From Rubripirellula sp. (GTDB lineage Bacteria > Planctomycetota > Planctomycetia > Pirellulales > Pirellulaceae): a stretch of DNA of 64,000 nucleotides. How positions within the stretch are numbered: position 1 is the first letter of the stretch; each line of letters begins with the position of its first letter. The stretch is from NCBI GenBank assembly GCA_965216875.1, contig OZ244207.1, positions 3,552,001-3,616,000 of the forward strand. The letters run 5' to 3'. Shown here piece by piece: positions 54,201 to 63,587 of this stretch. The position numbers and the translations under genes were made by a program. A model generated the notes under the pieces. It had not been told where the DNA came from. It saw only the letters and a program-made list of their open reading frames with translations, and did no database searches.

Positions 54201-55813
54201 TCAAACCCGAATCCCCAACGCAACATTCGATCATGCAGGTCGAGTGCGACAACGGCACCTGCGCCGGTGGGACAAATCAGAACGCCTTCGTGATACGTGG
54301 GCGTTGCACCGGCGATGCGCCGGATTGGATCATTGCTAACGTTCCCCGATTCCACGGCGACCAACTGTTGACGCCAAAGTTCCGATCCGGTGTTTGGATC
54401 CAAACAAAACAGACTGATGTCGCCAGCCAGTTCGGCCATCACATAAAGTCGACCATCCAGCGGCAGCGGAGGCCCCAGGAAAAAGGCGTTCGACAACTCC
54501 GATTCAACGTAAGCACCAGCCCCCAATCGCCATTGCAACTTCCCTTCGGTCGAAAGTTCCAACGCCACCAAGGTATTGGTCTTGGTATCCGCAGGCCGGG
54601 TGCCACCAAATCCCATCCCACCAATCCGCGCCATCTCGACTTCGCCAAGATTGTCGACGATGTAAACGCGTTCGCCATCGGTGGTCATTTGGCCGTAGGG
54701 CAGGTCGTTCCAAACACGTTGGCTGAGTAGATCGCCGGGTCCATCGCTGTCGGCCGTTTCTTGAAACGACGCTCGTTCTTCATTGAATTCGGGCGAGAAC
54801 CATGGGTAGGTCCAAATGCGTTTGCCCGTTCGATAATCAACACCGACAACACGTTCGGTCGTTCGCATGATCAGTTGATCGCCAACCAACAACGGCATCC
54901 AACTTGGCGGCGGCAATTTGCCTGCGGACGCAAGCTCGGACGAGACCTTTTGCAAGGCACGATCTTGTCGCGTCCGTCCGGTGGTTGGCAACGACCAACG
55001 CTCGTTCGTCAAAGGCATCTCGCCCGCTGACGACTCGTTGCGATCAAGGCCGCCGCCGAAAAACGGATAGTCGGGTGAATCGCCACCCGCTTTTTCGAAA
55101 GACCGATCATATTGTTTGGCACGTGCCGATTGCCCCGCGTCCGAATCGGTCTCTGGGCGCTTCGCCATCCGCGAGGCGACTGCGTGCATTTCAACGACAG
55201 CATCCCCAAGATGATCACGGGCACGCTGCATCGACACGACATCATCAAGCAACAACGAAGCCGCAAGCGGATGCCCGCCATAAAGTTCTTTCTGAGCAAG
55301 CAGGTACGACGCTCGGTAGCCAGCCAATGTGTGAAAGTACTGACGACGGACCTGACGCAGCATTTCCCAATCACGAGCGAGCGAAGCATCTTCGAGCATC
55401 TTGTTGGCCAGCGCGCCGTTGCGCAACTCGTAAGTCTCGAGCTCCTTGGCCGACAGTTCACCAATCCGATCTCGAGCCTGTCGCAATAGACTGTTGCGAA
55501 CCAAGCGCGGCGACCTTTGCGAATCTTCGATGTCGACGAAGAAATCCTGCGCCCTCAGATCCGAGTCGATCGGTGTGCTGCGAGCCAAGAGATCGCCAAG
55601 TCGAACAACGGCATCGCTTCCTTCGCCCTTTTCGAGCGACCGCTGCGCTTCACGCAGTTGTTGCTGAAGATTTCGAGGCGCCTCGATAAACCGCCCCGAT
55701 CGCGGCGTCTGCCGAAACGACAACGCTTGCCCCAAACAGGGCGACGACGGATACAGAAGACTGGCAGCAGAAACGGCAAACGCGAAAAGCTGCAAGTGAA
55801 GAAGACGATTCAC
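51269..55813 (-). CDS. Large exported PQQ-like (BamB-type) beta-propeller + TPR/helical repeat protein
   Basis: Signal peptide; repeated vD..TG..lW blades; FFLGPPLPLDGRLY, LICPTGAGAVVALD; central TPR-like helices; second propeller at C-terminus. Confidence 0.88.
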   Translation of the reverse strand: MNRLLHLQLFAFAVSAASLLYPSSPCLGQALSFRQTPRSGRFIEAPRNLQQQLREAQRSLEKGEGSDAVVRLGDLLARSTPIDSDLRAQDFFVDIEDSQRSPRLVRNSLLRQARDRIGELSAKELETYELRNGALANKMLEDASLARDWEMLRQVRRQYFHTLAGYRASYLLAQKELYGGHPLAASLLLDDVVSMQRARDHLGDAVVEMHAVASRMAKRPETDSDAGQSARAKQYDRSFEKAGGDSPDYPFFGGGLDRNESSAGEMPLTNERWSLPTTGRTRQDRALQKVSSELASAGKLPPPSWMPLLVGDQLIMRTTERVVGVDYRTGKRIWTYPWFSPEFNEERASFQETADSDGPGDLLSQRVWNDLPYGQMTTDGERVYIVDNLGEVEMARIGGMGFGGTRPADTKTNTLVALELSTEGKLQWRLGAGAYVESELSNAFFLGPPLPLDGRLYVMAELAGDISLFCLDPNTGSELWRQQLVAVESGNVSNDPIRRIAGATPTYHEGVLICPTGAGAVVALDLHDRMLRWGFGFDRASPIGRSMNSRNAYDASQLMQRWHSGNAIAHGDTVLVTPIESDRLYGIDLVTGKPRFKEKNRVHLRYLAGARDNRFYIVSADQVRAFDIQNGDLLWTSPSDMLSAGQQIIGRGVFGDDDYLIPITSNQLVRISLETGEVLQRRTTRYSLGNLIAAGGEIIAQGVSAISVAYGEESLEPLVDKMLQKDPNDLEALVRKSELLIQHRKRREALELLAKARAIEPANAEVHMLSVTAMLGAFRDDLQIDPELVDTLDRLIERDEQRADFLALRVEAAVQDGDYAMAITHLLSLSQLLGSVPELDPRTEELLSDRGRYCSLNSWIAGRVVEILDQCDAQQLETVNRLVTEAVEPLRLGPNKSLARLIRHFGPLEGIEGLRSELSRRLAQSGSWFALERLSLGQKLPTAEHYAQMSDERLLSLASVFAESRYTADAAEVITALRSRDLDDKTSKLVDDMETLSKRVPSKPQWSNEVNLSWVSQQIISTGFNVPAQRFAATRHIAGKQFENWVLLGEGSSPLAMRDPNKGSIRQIVLESVDRSLDTDKEAIVCGSFMVIVLPTELIGVNLRSVVAADGEAVVWRRSLSGDGGAIARRRSDTNPFEAQIIKYAMVNTSSINDNAEFRLGPVLGDRIIMGQGSELIALDLETKEPLWRNSDAPSSGAILEQDGRVAVVSPSSKKVDYFNLLDGRKLESKPWTHGDRWAAAGRNVLCYAKTDEKRVYVIRLVDAFTGEVKLEMNCLGSNRTNADIPCGYGRVVNGRYLVTLQSTGKAAVWDLKEAREVSTPELPAYQNLLGLQAMVLDGQIVLLPKRRDQRPRLAAGGLQTGDSKYHVTTHGMYAIDLESGDLNWSKDFEEPWGCTIHHPAGTPIITLSRSRSTYGAPSTSRQLKLDVLALDVRDGKELSKALDRQIRSRMNILQTRQTIQSGLSRVIVQIGGELLTYRFVRQDAAKDDAQGQAEPATPAEIEEYERLLEESRD

Positions 55814-55959
55814 ACCGACATCCTAGGTAACGACTCGAAATGGACATCCGTCGTCTGGCCAAACGGGCGCTGTCGACCGTCAGAGGATGGATCCATTGTA
55901 GTGGGTTTTGCAAATGCGCTCTCGACCAGAAAGATCGGCCGTGATTCTCTGGAACGCGA

Positions 55960-56155
55960 GTTCGTCGTACCGAGCTTTAGCCGGAATCTTCTCATCAGCC
56001 GCTGAGCGATAGCTCGCGGTTTCTGACCTTTTGAACGGTGAGCCGCGATCGCGTCAGCGGCCGGGCTGCGATTCTCGTGAGCGGCGAGTTCGTAGTACCG
56101 AGCTTTAGCCGGAATCTTCTTCGGCGATTCCGCCTGAAGGCGGGGACGACAAACG
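55960..56155. repeat. REP-like cluster (family B x2, G, B-variant)
   Basis: GTTCGT(C/A)GTACCGAGCTTTAGCCGGAATCT at 55960 and 56088; GTGAGCCGCGATCGCGTCAGCGGCCGGGCT at 56038; GATTCCGCCTGAAGGCGGGGACGAC at ~56126. Confidence 0.85.
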
Positions 56156-56158
56156 GTG

Positions 56159-56731
56159 TCACTCCCCGTTGCGGGCGTCAACCGCGGCGCGAATTTGATC
56201 AAAGACTTCGTCGGGCGATTGCATCCCGTCAATCCGCTCGACCAATCCCTGGTTGCGGTAATAATCGAGCACCGGCGCGGTCAGCTCGCGAAAGATCTTC
56301 AGTCGTTCGGCGATCGTTGTCGTCGTATCATCGGCGCGATGTTCGATCTCGGCCCGCTTGAGCAAACGTTGGATCAATTCACCTTCGTCCGCTGCGAGGT
56401 CCAGCACCAAATCAAGTCGCTGCTCACCCCCGAGAAGGTGTTCGTCAAGCATCTGTGCCTGGACGAGCGTGCGTGGGAAACCGTCGAACAAACAACCTTG
56501 CCCACAGTCATCGGCCGTGAGACGTTTGGTGACGATGCGCATCACCAGATAATCGGGGGCAAGACGCCCCGCATCAATGTAGCTGGCAACCAAACGACCA
56601 AGCGCAGATTCGCCGCGCGTTTGACGCAGCATGTCGCCGGTCGACAGGTGAGGGATACCGAGGTAATCGGTCAGACGCTTACATTGCGTCCCTTTACCCG
56701 CCCCGGGCGGGCCAATGAAGACAATGCGCAT
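56159..56731 (-). CDS. adk: Adenylate kinase (short LID type)
   Basis: GPPGAGKGTQ, HLSTGDMLR, DGFPRT, RADD. Confidence 0.97.
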   Translation of the reverse strand: MRIVFIGPPGAGKGTQCKRLTDYLGIPHLSTGDMLRQTRGESALGRLVASYIDAGRLAPDYLVMRIVTKRLTADDCGQGCLFDGFPRTLVQAQMLDEHLLGGEQRLDLVLDLAADEGELIQRLLKRAEIEHRADDTTTTIAERLKIFRELTAPVLDYYRNQGLVERIDGMQSPDEVFDQIRAAVDARNGE

Positions 56732-56823
56732 TGTTTGGCATCTCTCCTGACCCAGCAGCCTTGCCAGCTATTTCAACACGGCCGACATTCCATCGCGATG
56801 TCGGCCAAACAAAGACCAGGCCT

Positions 56824-58221
56824 CTAAACCACTGGCGAGACACCGCCGCCAGCACCTTCAAGCAGGCCGCGATAGTTTCGCATCACCAAGTGGCTGTCGA
56901 TCTTTTGGACCAAGTCAAACGCGACGCTCACGGCAATCAGCAGACCTGTACCACCGTAGAAACCGGCGATCGAGTAAGGCACGCCGAGCGACCCGTAAAC
57001 GATCGTTGGAACAATCGCCACGATCGAAAGGAAGCCCGCACCCACGTACGTGATTCGAACCATCACCTTTTCAAGGTAATCGGTCGTTCGCTTACCTGGG
57101 CGATAGCCGGGAATGAACGTTCCGCTGTCACGCAGGTTGTCCGACATTTCCTTCGGGTTGAAGGTGATCGCCGTCCAGAAGTAGCAGAAGAAGAAAATCA
57201 ATCCGACGTACAACATGTTGAACACGTACGACGATTGATCGCTCAGTGTGAGCGAGAACAAGTTCAGTGGCTTGAACAGTGCACTTTCGCTGCCGGCATA
57301 GCTCGCCAAACCGGCGAACAGCATGCCGGGGATCATCAACAAGCTGCTGGCGAAAATAATCGGCATCACGCCGGCTTGATTGATTCGCAGTGGCAAGTGT
57401 TGTCGCGTTCCGCCGTAGACTCGGCGACCGCGGGTGAACTTTGCGGATTGAGTCGGAATCTTTCGTTGACCGAGGGTAATGAACACCACCCCAAAGACGA
57501 CGCCGACAAAGAGCACCACAAGCAGGATGAGCGTTTCGATACCAACATCGCCACGCGACAGACCGGTCAATTCGGTCTTCATGTTGCGGATCAACTCGTA
57601 AAGAGCCTTCGGCATCTGAGCGAGAATACCGGCCATGATCAACAAACTGATCCCGTTACCGATCCCGTATTCGTCGATCTGTTCGCCGAGCCACATCAGG
57701 AAGACGGTACCGCAAGTCATCACCATCACGGCGACGATCTGCCATCCCCAGTAAAGCCCCGTGCCGTCGGCATTGAGGAAGTTCGGATTGATGTTCCCGT
57801 AGCCGCCCGGGCCACCCGACATCAACATGAACCTCAGGTACATGTAACTTTGCACCAAACAAATCACGACCGTCAGGTAACGCGTGTATTCGTTCAGTTT
57901 CTTGCGGCCTGCTTCGCCTTCCTTTTTCAATTCCTCGAGCGGCTTATAAACGCTGCCGAGCAATTGGAAGATAATCGAAGCCGAAATATAGGGCATGATG
58001 CCGAGACCAAAGATCGTTGCTTGACGCAGATCGCTGGCGGCAAAAACAGTGATTCGCTCGAAGAATTCGCCCGCGGTTCCGCCCGTTTCACTCAGGTTGG
58101 TCGCAACCATTGGAAGGGGGATGTGGAAACCGATGCGATAGACGGCCAGCAGACCGATGGTCAGCATCACCTTCTTGCGCAGTTCCGGGATCGAAAAAAT
58201 GATGCGCAGCTTTTCAAACAT
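56824..58221 (-). CDS. secY: Preprotein translocase subunit SecY
   Basis: IFGLGIMPYISASII, WLGEQI..GIGNGISL, NQAGVMPIIFASS, FIPGYRPG, GGTGLLIAV. Confidence 0.99.
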   Translation of the reverse strand: MFEKLRIIFSIPELRKKVMLTIGLLAVYRIGFHIPLPMVATNLSETGGTAGEFFERITVFAASDLRQATIFGLGIMPYISASIIFQLLGSVYKPLEELKKEGEAGRKKLNEYTRYLTVVICLVQSYMYLRFMLMSGGPGGYGNINPNFLNADGTGLYWGWQIVAVMVMTCGTVFLMWLGEQIDEYGIGNGISLLIMAGILAQMPKALYELIRNMKTELTGLSRGDVGIETLILLVVLFVGVVFGVVFITLGQRKIPTQSAKFTRGRRVYGGTRQHLPLRINQAGVMPIIFASSLLMIPGMLFAGLASYAGSESALFKPLNLFSLTLSDQSSYVFNMLYVGLIFFFCYFWTAITFNPKEMSDNLRDSGTFIPGYRPGKRTTDYLEKVMVRITYVGAGFLSIVAIVPTIVYGSLGVPYSIAGFYGGTGLLIAVSVAFDLVQKIDSHLVMRNYRGLLEGAGGGVSPVV

Positions 58222-58502
58222 GCGTCGGTCCGTCGTTGGATCGTGCCTGGGGATTCATCAGGGGCGGATCGTGCCAATGAACGAATATGGTAAAGACCGG
58301 GAGTTTAGCGGAGAGAGAGCGATTGAGCGATAGGAATCAATTTGGCTTTTGAGGCGGCGCCCAAGGTGTTGGGTTTGCCCTTGCTTGGCCATTCCTATGC
58401 GAGTCTCCTCAGCCAGCCGGGATTCGAACATTCACCAATCAAAACGGGGCAAACCACCTCGATACTGGAAGCTCACCCCGCGGCAATGTTCTCGTCAATT
58501 GG

Positions 58503-59003
58503 CTACGATTTCTTCTCCGCCTTCAGGGCAGCCACCCGCTCCTCGGGGGTACGTTTGCGGACGACGACATTGATTGTCCCGCCAGCCTTGGTGATCTTTT
58601 CTTCGGCCGACTTGCTGAAGCGATGAGCCGACACGGTCAACTTCTTGGTCAACTCGCCATCGCCAAGCACCTTCACTTCGTCGAAGTGTCCCTTTGCCAA
58701 GTCTTTGGCAGCGAGAGCTTCGAGGGTGACTTCGGCGCCGTCTTCGAACGCATCGTTGAGGCGACCGACGTTGACAGCGAAGACCTTCACAGCCCAGCGG
58801 TTGTTGAAACCACGCTTCGGGATGCGACGGAACATCGGCATCGCACCGCCTTGGAAGCTCGGCTTGCGGCTGTAACCACTACGGCTCTTGTGGCCCTTGT
58901 GACCACGACCGGAGGTTTTTCCGTGTCCGCTACCAGGACCGCGTCCAATTCGTTTGCGTTTGCGGTACTTTTGAATGCCGCGATGGACATCGTTCAGGTT
59001 CAT
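58503..59003 (-). CDS. rplO: 50S ribosomal protein L15
   Basis: [35 protein letters not shown]. Confidence 0.98.
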   Translation of the reverse strand: MNLNDVHRGIQKYRKRKRIGRGPGSGHGKTSGRGHKGHKSRSGYSRKPSFQGGAMPMFRRIPKRGFNNRWAVKVFAVNVGRLNDAFEDGAEVTLEALAAKDLAKGHFDEVKVLGDGELTKKLTVSAHRFSKSAEEKITKAGGTINVVVRKRTPEERVAALKAEKKS

Positions 59004-59100
59004 GTCGAAACCTACGTTGCTAATTCAATACTTGAGTTGTGATGACGTGTTTGTCGGTCTCGTCAAAGGATCGACGAGACTTTCGGGAGCAGCCTTGAAA

Positions 59101-59634
59101 CTAGTGGGCTGCCAACTCGTCGGCATCCAATCCACGCAAAGCAGCGACTTGATCGCGAGTTCGCAGCTTCGAAAGCGCGTCGACGGTTGCCTTGACCAAG
59201 GTCACAGGATTATTGGTGCCGTAGGACTTGGTCAAAATGTCGTGAATTCCAGTTGCTTCACAAACGGCACGCACCGCTTGGCCAGCGATGATACCGGTAC
59301 CAGCACCGGCTGGAATCAAAAGCACCTTGGCCGCACCGTACTTGCCCCAAACTTGGTGGGGGATGGTGCCTTCGACCAATGGCACTTCGACCATACTTCG
59401 GCTCGCTTGCTTTTGAGCCTTTTGAACGCTTGGGGGCACTTCGTTGGCTTTGCCGTATCCCCAGCCAACTTTGCCTTTTCCATCACCGACGACCACCATC
59501 GCAGCAAAACTGAAACGGCGTCCACCCTTGACCACGGCGGCACAACGTTTGATTTTGACCACGCGGTCGAGCATGTCGCTGCCGACGCCGGATTCTTCTT
59601 GCTTACGCGGCTTGCGAGATTGTGCGTTACTAAT
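59101..59634 (-). CDS. rpsE: 30S ribosomal protein S5 (start uncertain: ATG 59574 or non-canonical ATT 59634)
   Basis: [33 protein letters not shown]. Confidence 0.97.
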   Translation of the reverse strand: MSNAQSRKPRKQEESGVGSDMLDRVVKIKRCAAVVKGGRRFSFAAMVVVGDGKGKVGWGYGKANEVPPSVQKAQKQASRSMVEVPLVEGTIPHQVWGKYGAAKVLLIPAGAGTGIIAGQAVRAVCEATGIHDILTKSYGTNNPVTLVKATVDALSKLRTRDQVAALRGLDADELAAH

Positions 59635-59681
59635 GATTCAGTCCCCCGATGGAGGGTATGTGTGATGATGTTTTGTTTCGT

Positions 59682-60050
59682 TTAGAACTTCAAGCCGCCT
59701 TCGCGGGCAGCATCAGCAAACGCTTTGACGCGCCCGTGATACTTGTTGTGGCCACGGTCGAATTTGACCGTTTCGACGCCAGCTGCTTTGGCCTTTTCGG
59801 CAATGATCGCACCGAGTTTGGCAGCCGCTTCGCAGTTTCCGCCGTTGGCGACGTCACCGCGAACCGCTTTGTCTCGCGAGCTGACGCTGACGATCGTCTT
59901 GCCGACTTCATCGTCGATCAATTGACAGCTGAAGTGCTTGAGCGATCGTTGAACCGACATGCGCGGTTGTGCAGCCGTACCACGTCCCTTATTGCGGACG
60001 TGTTGGCGTCGACGAAGTCGCTTCTTTTGAAGTTGCTTGTTTTTATCCAT
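59682..60050 (-). CDS. rplR: 50S ribosomal protein L18
   Basis: PRMSVQRSLKH..QLIDD, FDRG..YHGRVKAFADAAREGGLKF. Confidence 0.98.
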   Translation of the reverse strand: MDKNKQLQKKRLRRRQHVRNKGRGTAAQPRMSVQRSLKHFSCQLIDDEVGKTIVSVSSRDKAVRGDVANGGNCEAAAKLGAIIAEKAKAAGVETVKFDRGHNKYHGRVKAFADAAREGGLKF

Positions 60051-60128
60051 TTGAATACCGACCAGTTAGCGATTCGCACCGCCGAGTGAATTCTTGGCAA
60101 AGGAATCGATTGAGTCTTAGATGGGCGA

Positions 60129-60671
60129 TTACTTGGTAGCCGACTTACCGGGTTTGATTTTGACCTGTTCGCCTTGGTAGCGAACGCCTTTGCCCTTGTA
60201 GGGGTCGGGCTTGCGAAGGGCACGGACTTCGGCGGCGAACTGGCCAACCTTTTGCTTGTCGCAACCCTGAACCACGATGTGGGTCTGGTCGGGACAGGTG
60301 ACGTCCAATTCCTTCGGAATCTTTTTGTGTAGTTCGTTGGCGAAACCGACACGCAATTGCAGCGTGTCTCCTTGGATGGCGGCCAGGTAACCGACACCTT
60401 GGATTTCGAGTTTCTTTTCGTAGCCCTTGGTCACACCTTCGACCATGTTTGCGATCAGGGCGCGTGTTAGGCCGTGGTATTCACGTGAAGAACGATCGTC
60501 GCCGCCGCGGGTCACAACCACTTCGTTGGCATCGTTAACAGCCACGGTCACTTCGGGGCGATGCTCGTAGGACAATTTGCCTTTGGGGCCTTCAATCTCG
60601 ACCACGCGGCCGTTGACCGCCACTTTGGCGCCACCGGCGATCGGTACAGGCTTGTTTCCAATACGACTCAT
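60129..60671 (-). CDS. rplF: 50S ribosomal protein L6
   Basis: MSRIGNKP, GPKGKL, GVGY, RKPDPYKGKGVRY. Confidence 0.99.
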   Translation of the reverse strand: MSRIGNKPVPIAGGAKVAVNGRVVEIEGPKGKLSYEHRPEVTVAVNDANEVVVTRGGDDRSSREYHGLTRALIANMVEGVTKGYEKKLEIQGVGYLAAIQGDTLQLRVGFANELHKKIPKELDVTCPDQTHIVVQGCDKQKVGQFAAEVRALRKPDPYKGKGVRYQGEQVKIKPGKSATK

Positions 60672-60712
60672 TTCAAATCACTTTGGTGAAAAATATGCTG
60701 CTGCCGTCAGGA

Positions 60713-61111
60713 TCAGGCCACTTCACACAACACTTCGCCGCCGACGTTATCACGTCGAGCTTCGCGGTCGCTGATCACGCCTTTGCTGGAACTGATGATG
60801 CTAATGCCAAGACCGCCAAGGACGGGCTTGAGTTCCTTGCCGCGGATGTACAAACGACGGCCAGGCTTGCTCACGCGTTTGATCGTTTGGATCACGCGTT
60901 CGCCGTTGGGGCCATACTTGAGTTCCAAACGCAAGGTTGCGGTTGGGTTCTCTTCGTCAACTTCTTTCCAATCCCAAATGAAACCTTCGCGCTTGAGCAC
61001 GTCGGCGATGCCACGTTTGAAGCGGCTGGTCGGGATATCGACAAAAGGCTTCTCCACCCGCACGGCGTTGCGGATTCGGGTCAGCATGTCGGCTACTGGG
61101 TCTGTCATCAT
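60713..61111 (-). CDS. rpsH: 30S ribosomal protein S8
   Basis: TDPVADMLTRIRNA, RVSKPGRR, GLGISIISSSKG. Confidence 0.99.
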   Translation of the reverse strand: MMTDPVADMLTRIRNAVRVEKPFVDIPTSRFKRGIADVLKREGFIWDWKEVDEENPTATLRLELKYGPNGERVIQTIKRVSKPGRRLYIRGKELKPVLGGLGISIISSSKGVISDREARRDNVGGEVLCEVA

Positions 61112-61135
61112 GGTATTGTCTGCTCCCCTACTCAA

Positions 61136-61321
61136 TCACCAGCTAGCCTTGCGAACGCCTGGGATCAGTCCCAAGTTGGCGTTTTCGCGGAAACAGATTC
61201 GGCAAAGGCCGAATTTGCGATAAACAGCACGCGGACGACCGCAGAACTTGCAACGGTTCTCGCGTCGAGTGCTGAATTTTGGCTGTCGGTTAGCCTTGGC
61301 GACTTTCGATTTGCTTGCCAC
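61136..61321 (-). CDS. rpsN: 30S ribosomal protein S14, zinc-binding type Z
   Basis: GTG start [41 protein letters not shown] (61 aa). Confidence 0.97.
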   Translation of the reverse strand: MASKSKVAKANRQPKFSTRRENRCKFCGRPRAVYRKFGLCRICFRENANLGLIPGVRKASW

Positions 61322-61397
61322 GGGGTGACTTTCAATGAATGGATGTTCGAACCAAAAATATGTTGGTGCGGTTGGCTTCGAGCCAGCCGCGAACGGA

Positions 61398-61973
61398 TTA
61401 CGCTGCGTCGTTCTTCTTGGCGGGCTGTTGGAAGGGCATTCCAAACAGTTCCAACAAGTCACGTCCTTCGTCGTTTGACTTTGCGGTCGTCACGATGGTG
61501 ATGTTCATCCCTTGCGGGCGGGTGAACTTATCCGGATTCAATTCCGGAAACACCAGTTGCTCGGTCAAACCAAGCGTGTAGTTCCCGTTGCCATCGAACG
61601 CCTTACGGCTAATTCCGCGAAAGTCACGGACACGAGGCAGGACGATCGCAACCAGGCGATCGAGGAACTCGTACATGCGCTGACGCCGAAGCGTAACCAT
61701 GCATCCGATTGGCATTCCTTCACGTAGGCGGAAGTTTGCAATCGACTTACGAGCGGTGGTGATCACAGGCTTTTGGCCGGCAATCTGCGTCATTGCTTCA
61801 AACGCGGTGTCAAGGATCTTCTTGTCACCGATTGCGCTGCCCACGCCCATGTTCATCGTGATCTTTTCGACCCGAGGAATCTGGTGTGGATTGGTGTAGC
61901 CATGCTTTTCCACCATCGCTTGACGGATGGACTCTTCATAGCGTTGTTGCAGTCGTGGTTTGGTGTCAGACAT
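61398..61973 (-). CDS. rplE: 50S ribosomal protein L5
   Basis: [45 protein letters not shown]. Confidence 0.99.
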   Translation of the reverse strand: MSDTKPRLQQRYEESIRQAMVEKHGYTNPHQIPRVEKITMNMGVGSAIGDKKILDTAFEAMTQIAGQKPVITTARKSIANFRLREGMPIGCMVTLRRQRMYEFLDRLVAIVLPRVRDFRGISRKAFDGNGNYTLGLTEQLVFPELNPDKFTRPQGMNITIVTTAKSNDEGRDLLELFGMPFQQPAKKNDAA

Positions 61974-62044
61974 TTTCGTTGGTAACCGTCTGTGCTAGCT
62001 GTGCCGCCGATGCTCTTTGGCTGCTGTGACTTATTTCGCAGTGA

Positions 62045-62392
62045 CTATTTCTTTGCGTACTGTGCTCGAGCTGGAGCGATTTCGCCGAGGCTCGTGCCAC
62101 TCTTCTTGGCGTAGCGTTCCTTGCTGCCGTTTTCGAGGTAGCGAACACCAACGCGGGTTGGCTTTCCGGTACCTGGATCGACCAGCATCACGTTGCTGGC
62201 ACTGATTGGCATTTCTTTGTTCAGTCGGCCGCCCTGCGGGTTCTTTTGGCTGCGGCGAACGTGCTTCCAGACTCGGCCTGCACCTTCGACAACCACTTTG
62301 TTCTTCTTGCGGTCGACTTTAAGGATCTTGCCACGATGCCCTTTGTCAGCACCGGCGACCACTTCGACTTCGTCATTGATGCGAAACAACAT
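62045..62392 (-). CDS. rplX: 50S ribosomal protein L24
   Basis: DEVEVVAGADKG..VVVEG..KH..GG...KEMPISASNV. Confidence 0.97.
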   Translation of the reverse strand: MLFRINDEVEVVAGADKGHRGKILKVDRKKNKVVVEGAGRVWKHVRRSQKNPQGGRLNKEMPISASNVMLVDPGTGKPTRVGVRYLENGSKERYAKKSGTSLGEIAPARAQYAKK

Positions 62393-62451
62393 GGTTTACT
62401 ATCGTGTACAAATGGGTGGTGTTTGTTTTGTTCTGTCTGATCGGTAATCAA

Positions 62452-62820
62452 TCAAACCACTTCGTTTGCCAAGCTGACGATCTTCATGAAGCTGCGATCA
62501 CGCAATTCGCGAGCGACCGCACCGAAGATACGTGTGCCACGAGGTGCTTTGTCCTTGTCGATCAACACCACAGCGTTGGAATCGAAACGGATGTAGCTTC
62601 CATCGGGACGACGCGTCGGTTGCTTGGTTCGCACGATCACGGCGCGAACAATCGACTTCTTCTTGATGTCGCTGCCAGGGATCACACTTTTGACCGAGCA
62701 GACGATGACGTCGCCCACCCCGGCAAAACGGCGACGGCTACCGCCGAGCACCTTGATGCACATCACTTCACGGGCGCCGGTGTTGTCGGCAACGTCAAGT
62801 CGGGATTCTTGTTGGATCAT
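62452..62820 (-). CDS. rplN: 50S ribosomal protein L14
   Basis: [37 protein letters not shown]. Confidence 0.99.
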   Translation of the reverse strand: MIQQESRLDVADNTGAREVMCIKVLGGSRRRFAGVGDVIVCSVKSVIPGSDIKKKSIVRAVIVRTKQPTRRPDGSYIRFDSNAVVLIDKDKAPRGTRIFGAVARELRDRSFMKIVSLANEVV

Positions 62821-62900
62821 CTTTGCAAACTTGTTTGGTTGGTTTGGCCAGCCTTTGCTTGGCGGGCTTCATCATCGATTGGTGAGTGCAACGGCCGAAC

Positions 62901-63266
62901 TCACTCGGCGGCTGCGTCACCTTCTGTCTTGTTCTCTTCGCCAGCGTGAGCCGCTTCGATCGCCTCGGATTCGGCTTGGGTGGCACCCTTGCGAGCGGCA
63001 CGCAGTGCGGCCAAGTCGACTTCGGTGCTCTTTTCCAAGACGCGAACCAGCCGCCATCGCTTCAACTTGCTCAGCGGTTCCGATTCGATGATCTCGACGC
63101 GGTCACCAGCACCCGACTCGTTCTGCTCATCATGGGCATAACAGACGGTTCGGCGACGAACGTATTTCTTGTACTTCGGGTGTTTGACCAGGCGGTTGAT
63201 CTCGACGCGACGAGTCTTGCTCATCTTGTCGCTGGTCACGATTCCGGATACGACGCGCTTCGGCAT
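62901..63266 (-). CDS. rpsQ: 30S ribosomal protein S17 with acidic C-terminal extension
   Basis: GIVTSDKMSKT..HPKYKKY..AHDE..GDRV.I.E..PLSKLKRW. Confidence 0.98.
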   Translation of the reverse strand: MPKRVVSGIVTSDKMSKTRRVEINRLVKHPKYKKYVRRRTVCYAHDEQNESGAGDRVEIIESEPLSKLKRWRLVRVLEKSTEVDLAALRAARKGATQAESEAIEAAHAGEENKTEGDAAAE

Positions 63267-63292
63267 GTAGTCGGCTCGGGTTTCTTTGGGGG

Positions 63293-63502
63293 TTAGTTAC
63301 TGGCTGCCGCGGCCTTAACTCGCTCGGTTTGGATCGTTTTGATCCGAGCAATCAGGCGGCGGTTCTTTCGGATTTCGCTGGGCGTATTCAAACGCTCGGA
63401 CTGCGATTGGAAACGAAGACGGAACAGGGTGTGCGAAGCTTCCTTGATGGTCGCTTCGAGCTGTTCGTCGCTCATTTCACGAAGTTCAGTCGTGGTGCTC
63501 AT
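63293..63502 (-). CDS. rpmC: 50S ribosomal protein L29
   Basis: ELREMSDEQL..LFRLRFQ..IARIKT. Confidence 0.97.
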   Translation of the reverse strand: MSTTTELREMSDEQLEATIKEASHTLFRLRFQSQSERLNTPSEIRKNRRLIARIKTIQTERVKAAAASN

Positions 63503-63587
63503 GGCGTTGCCTTAACGTCAAGTCAACTCTTGTCTGGTTTGTCAGGTCATCTGCCCGATCAAGTCGATCGGGCTCAGACCAAAAAGG

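Noticed and set aside
56731..58293. 520-aa plus-strand ORF
   Set aside because: Antisense shadow of secY
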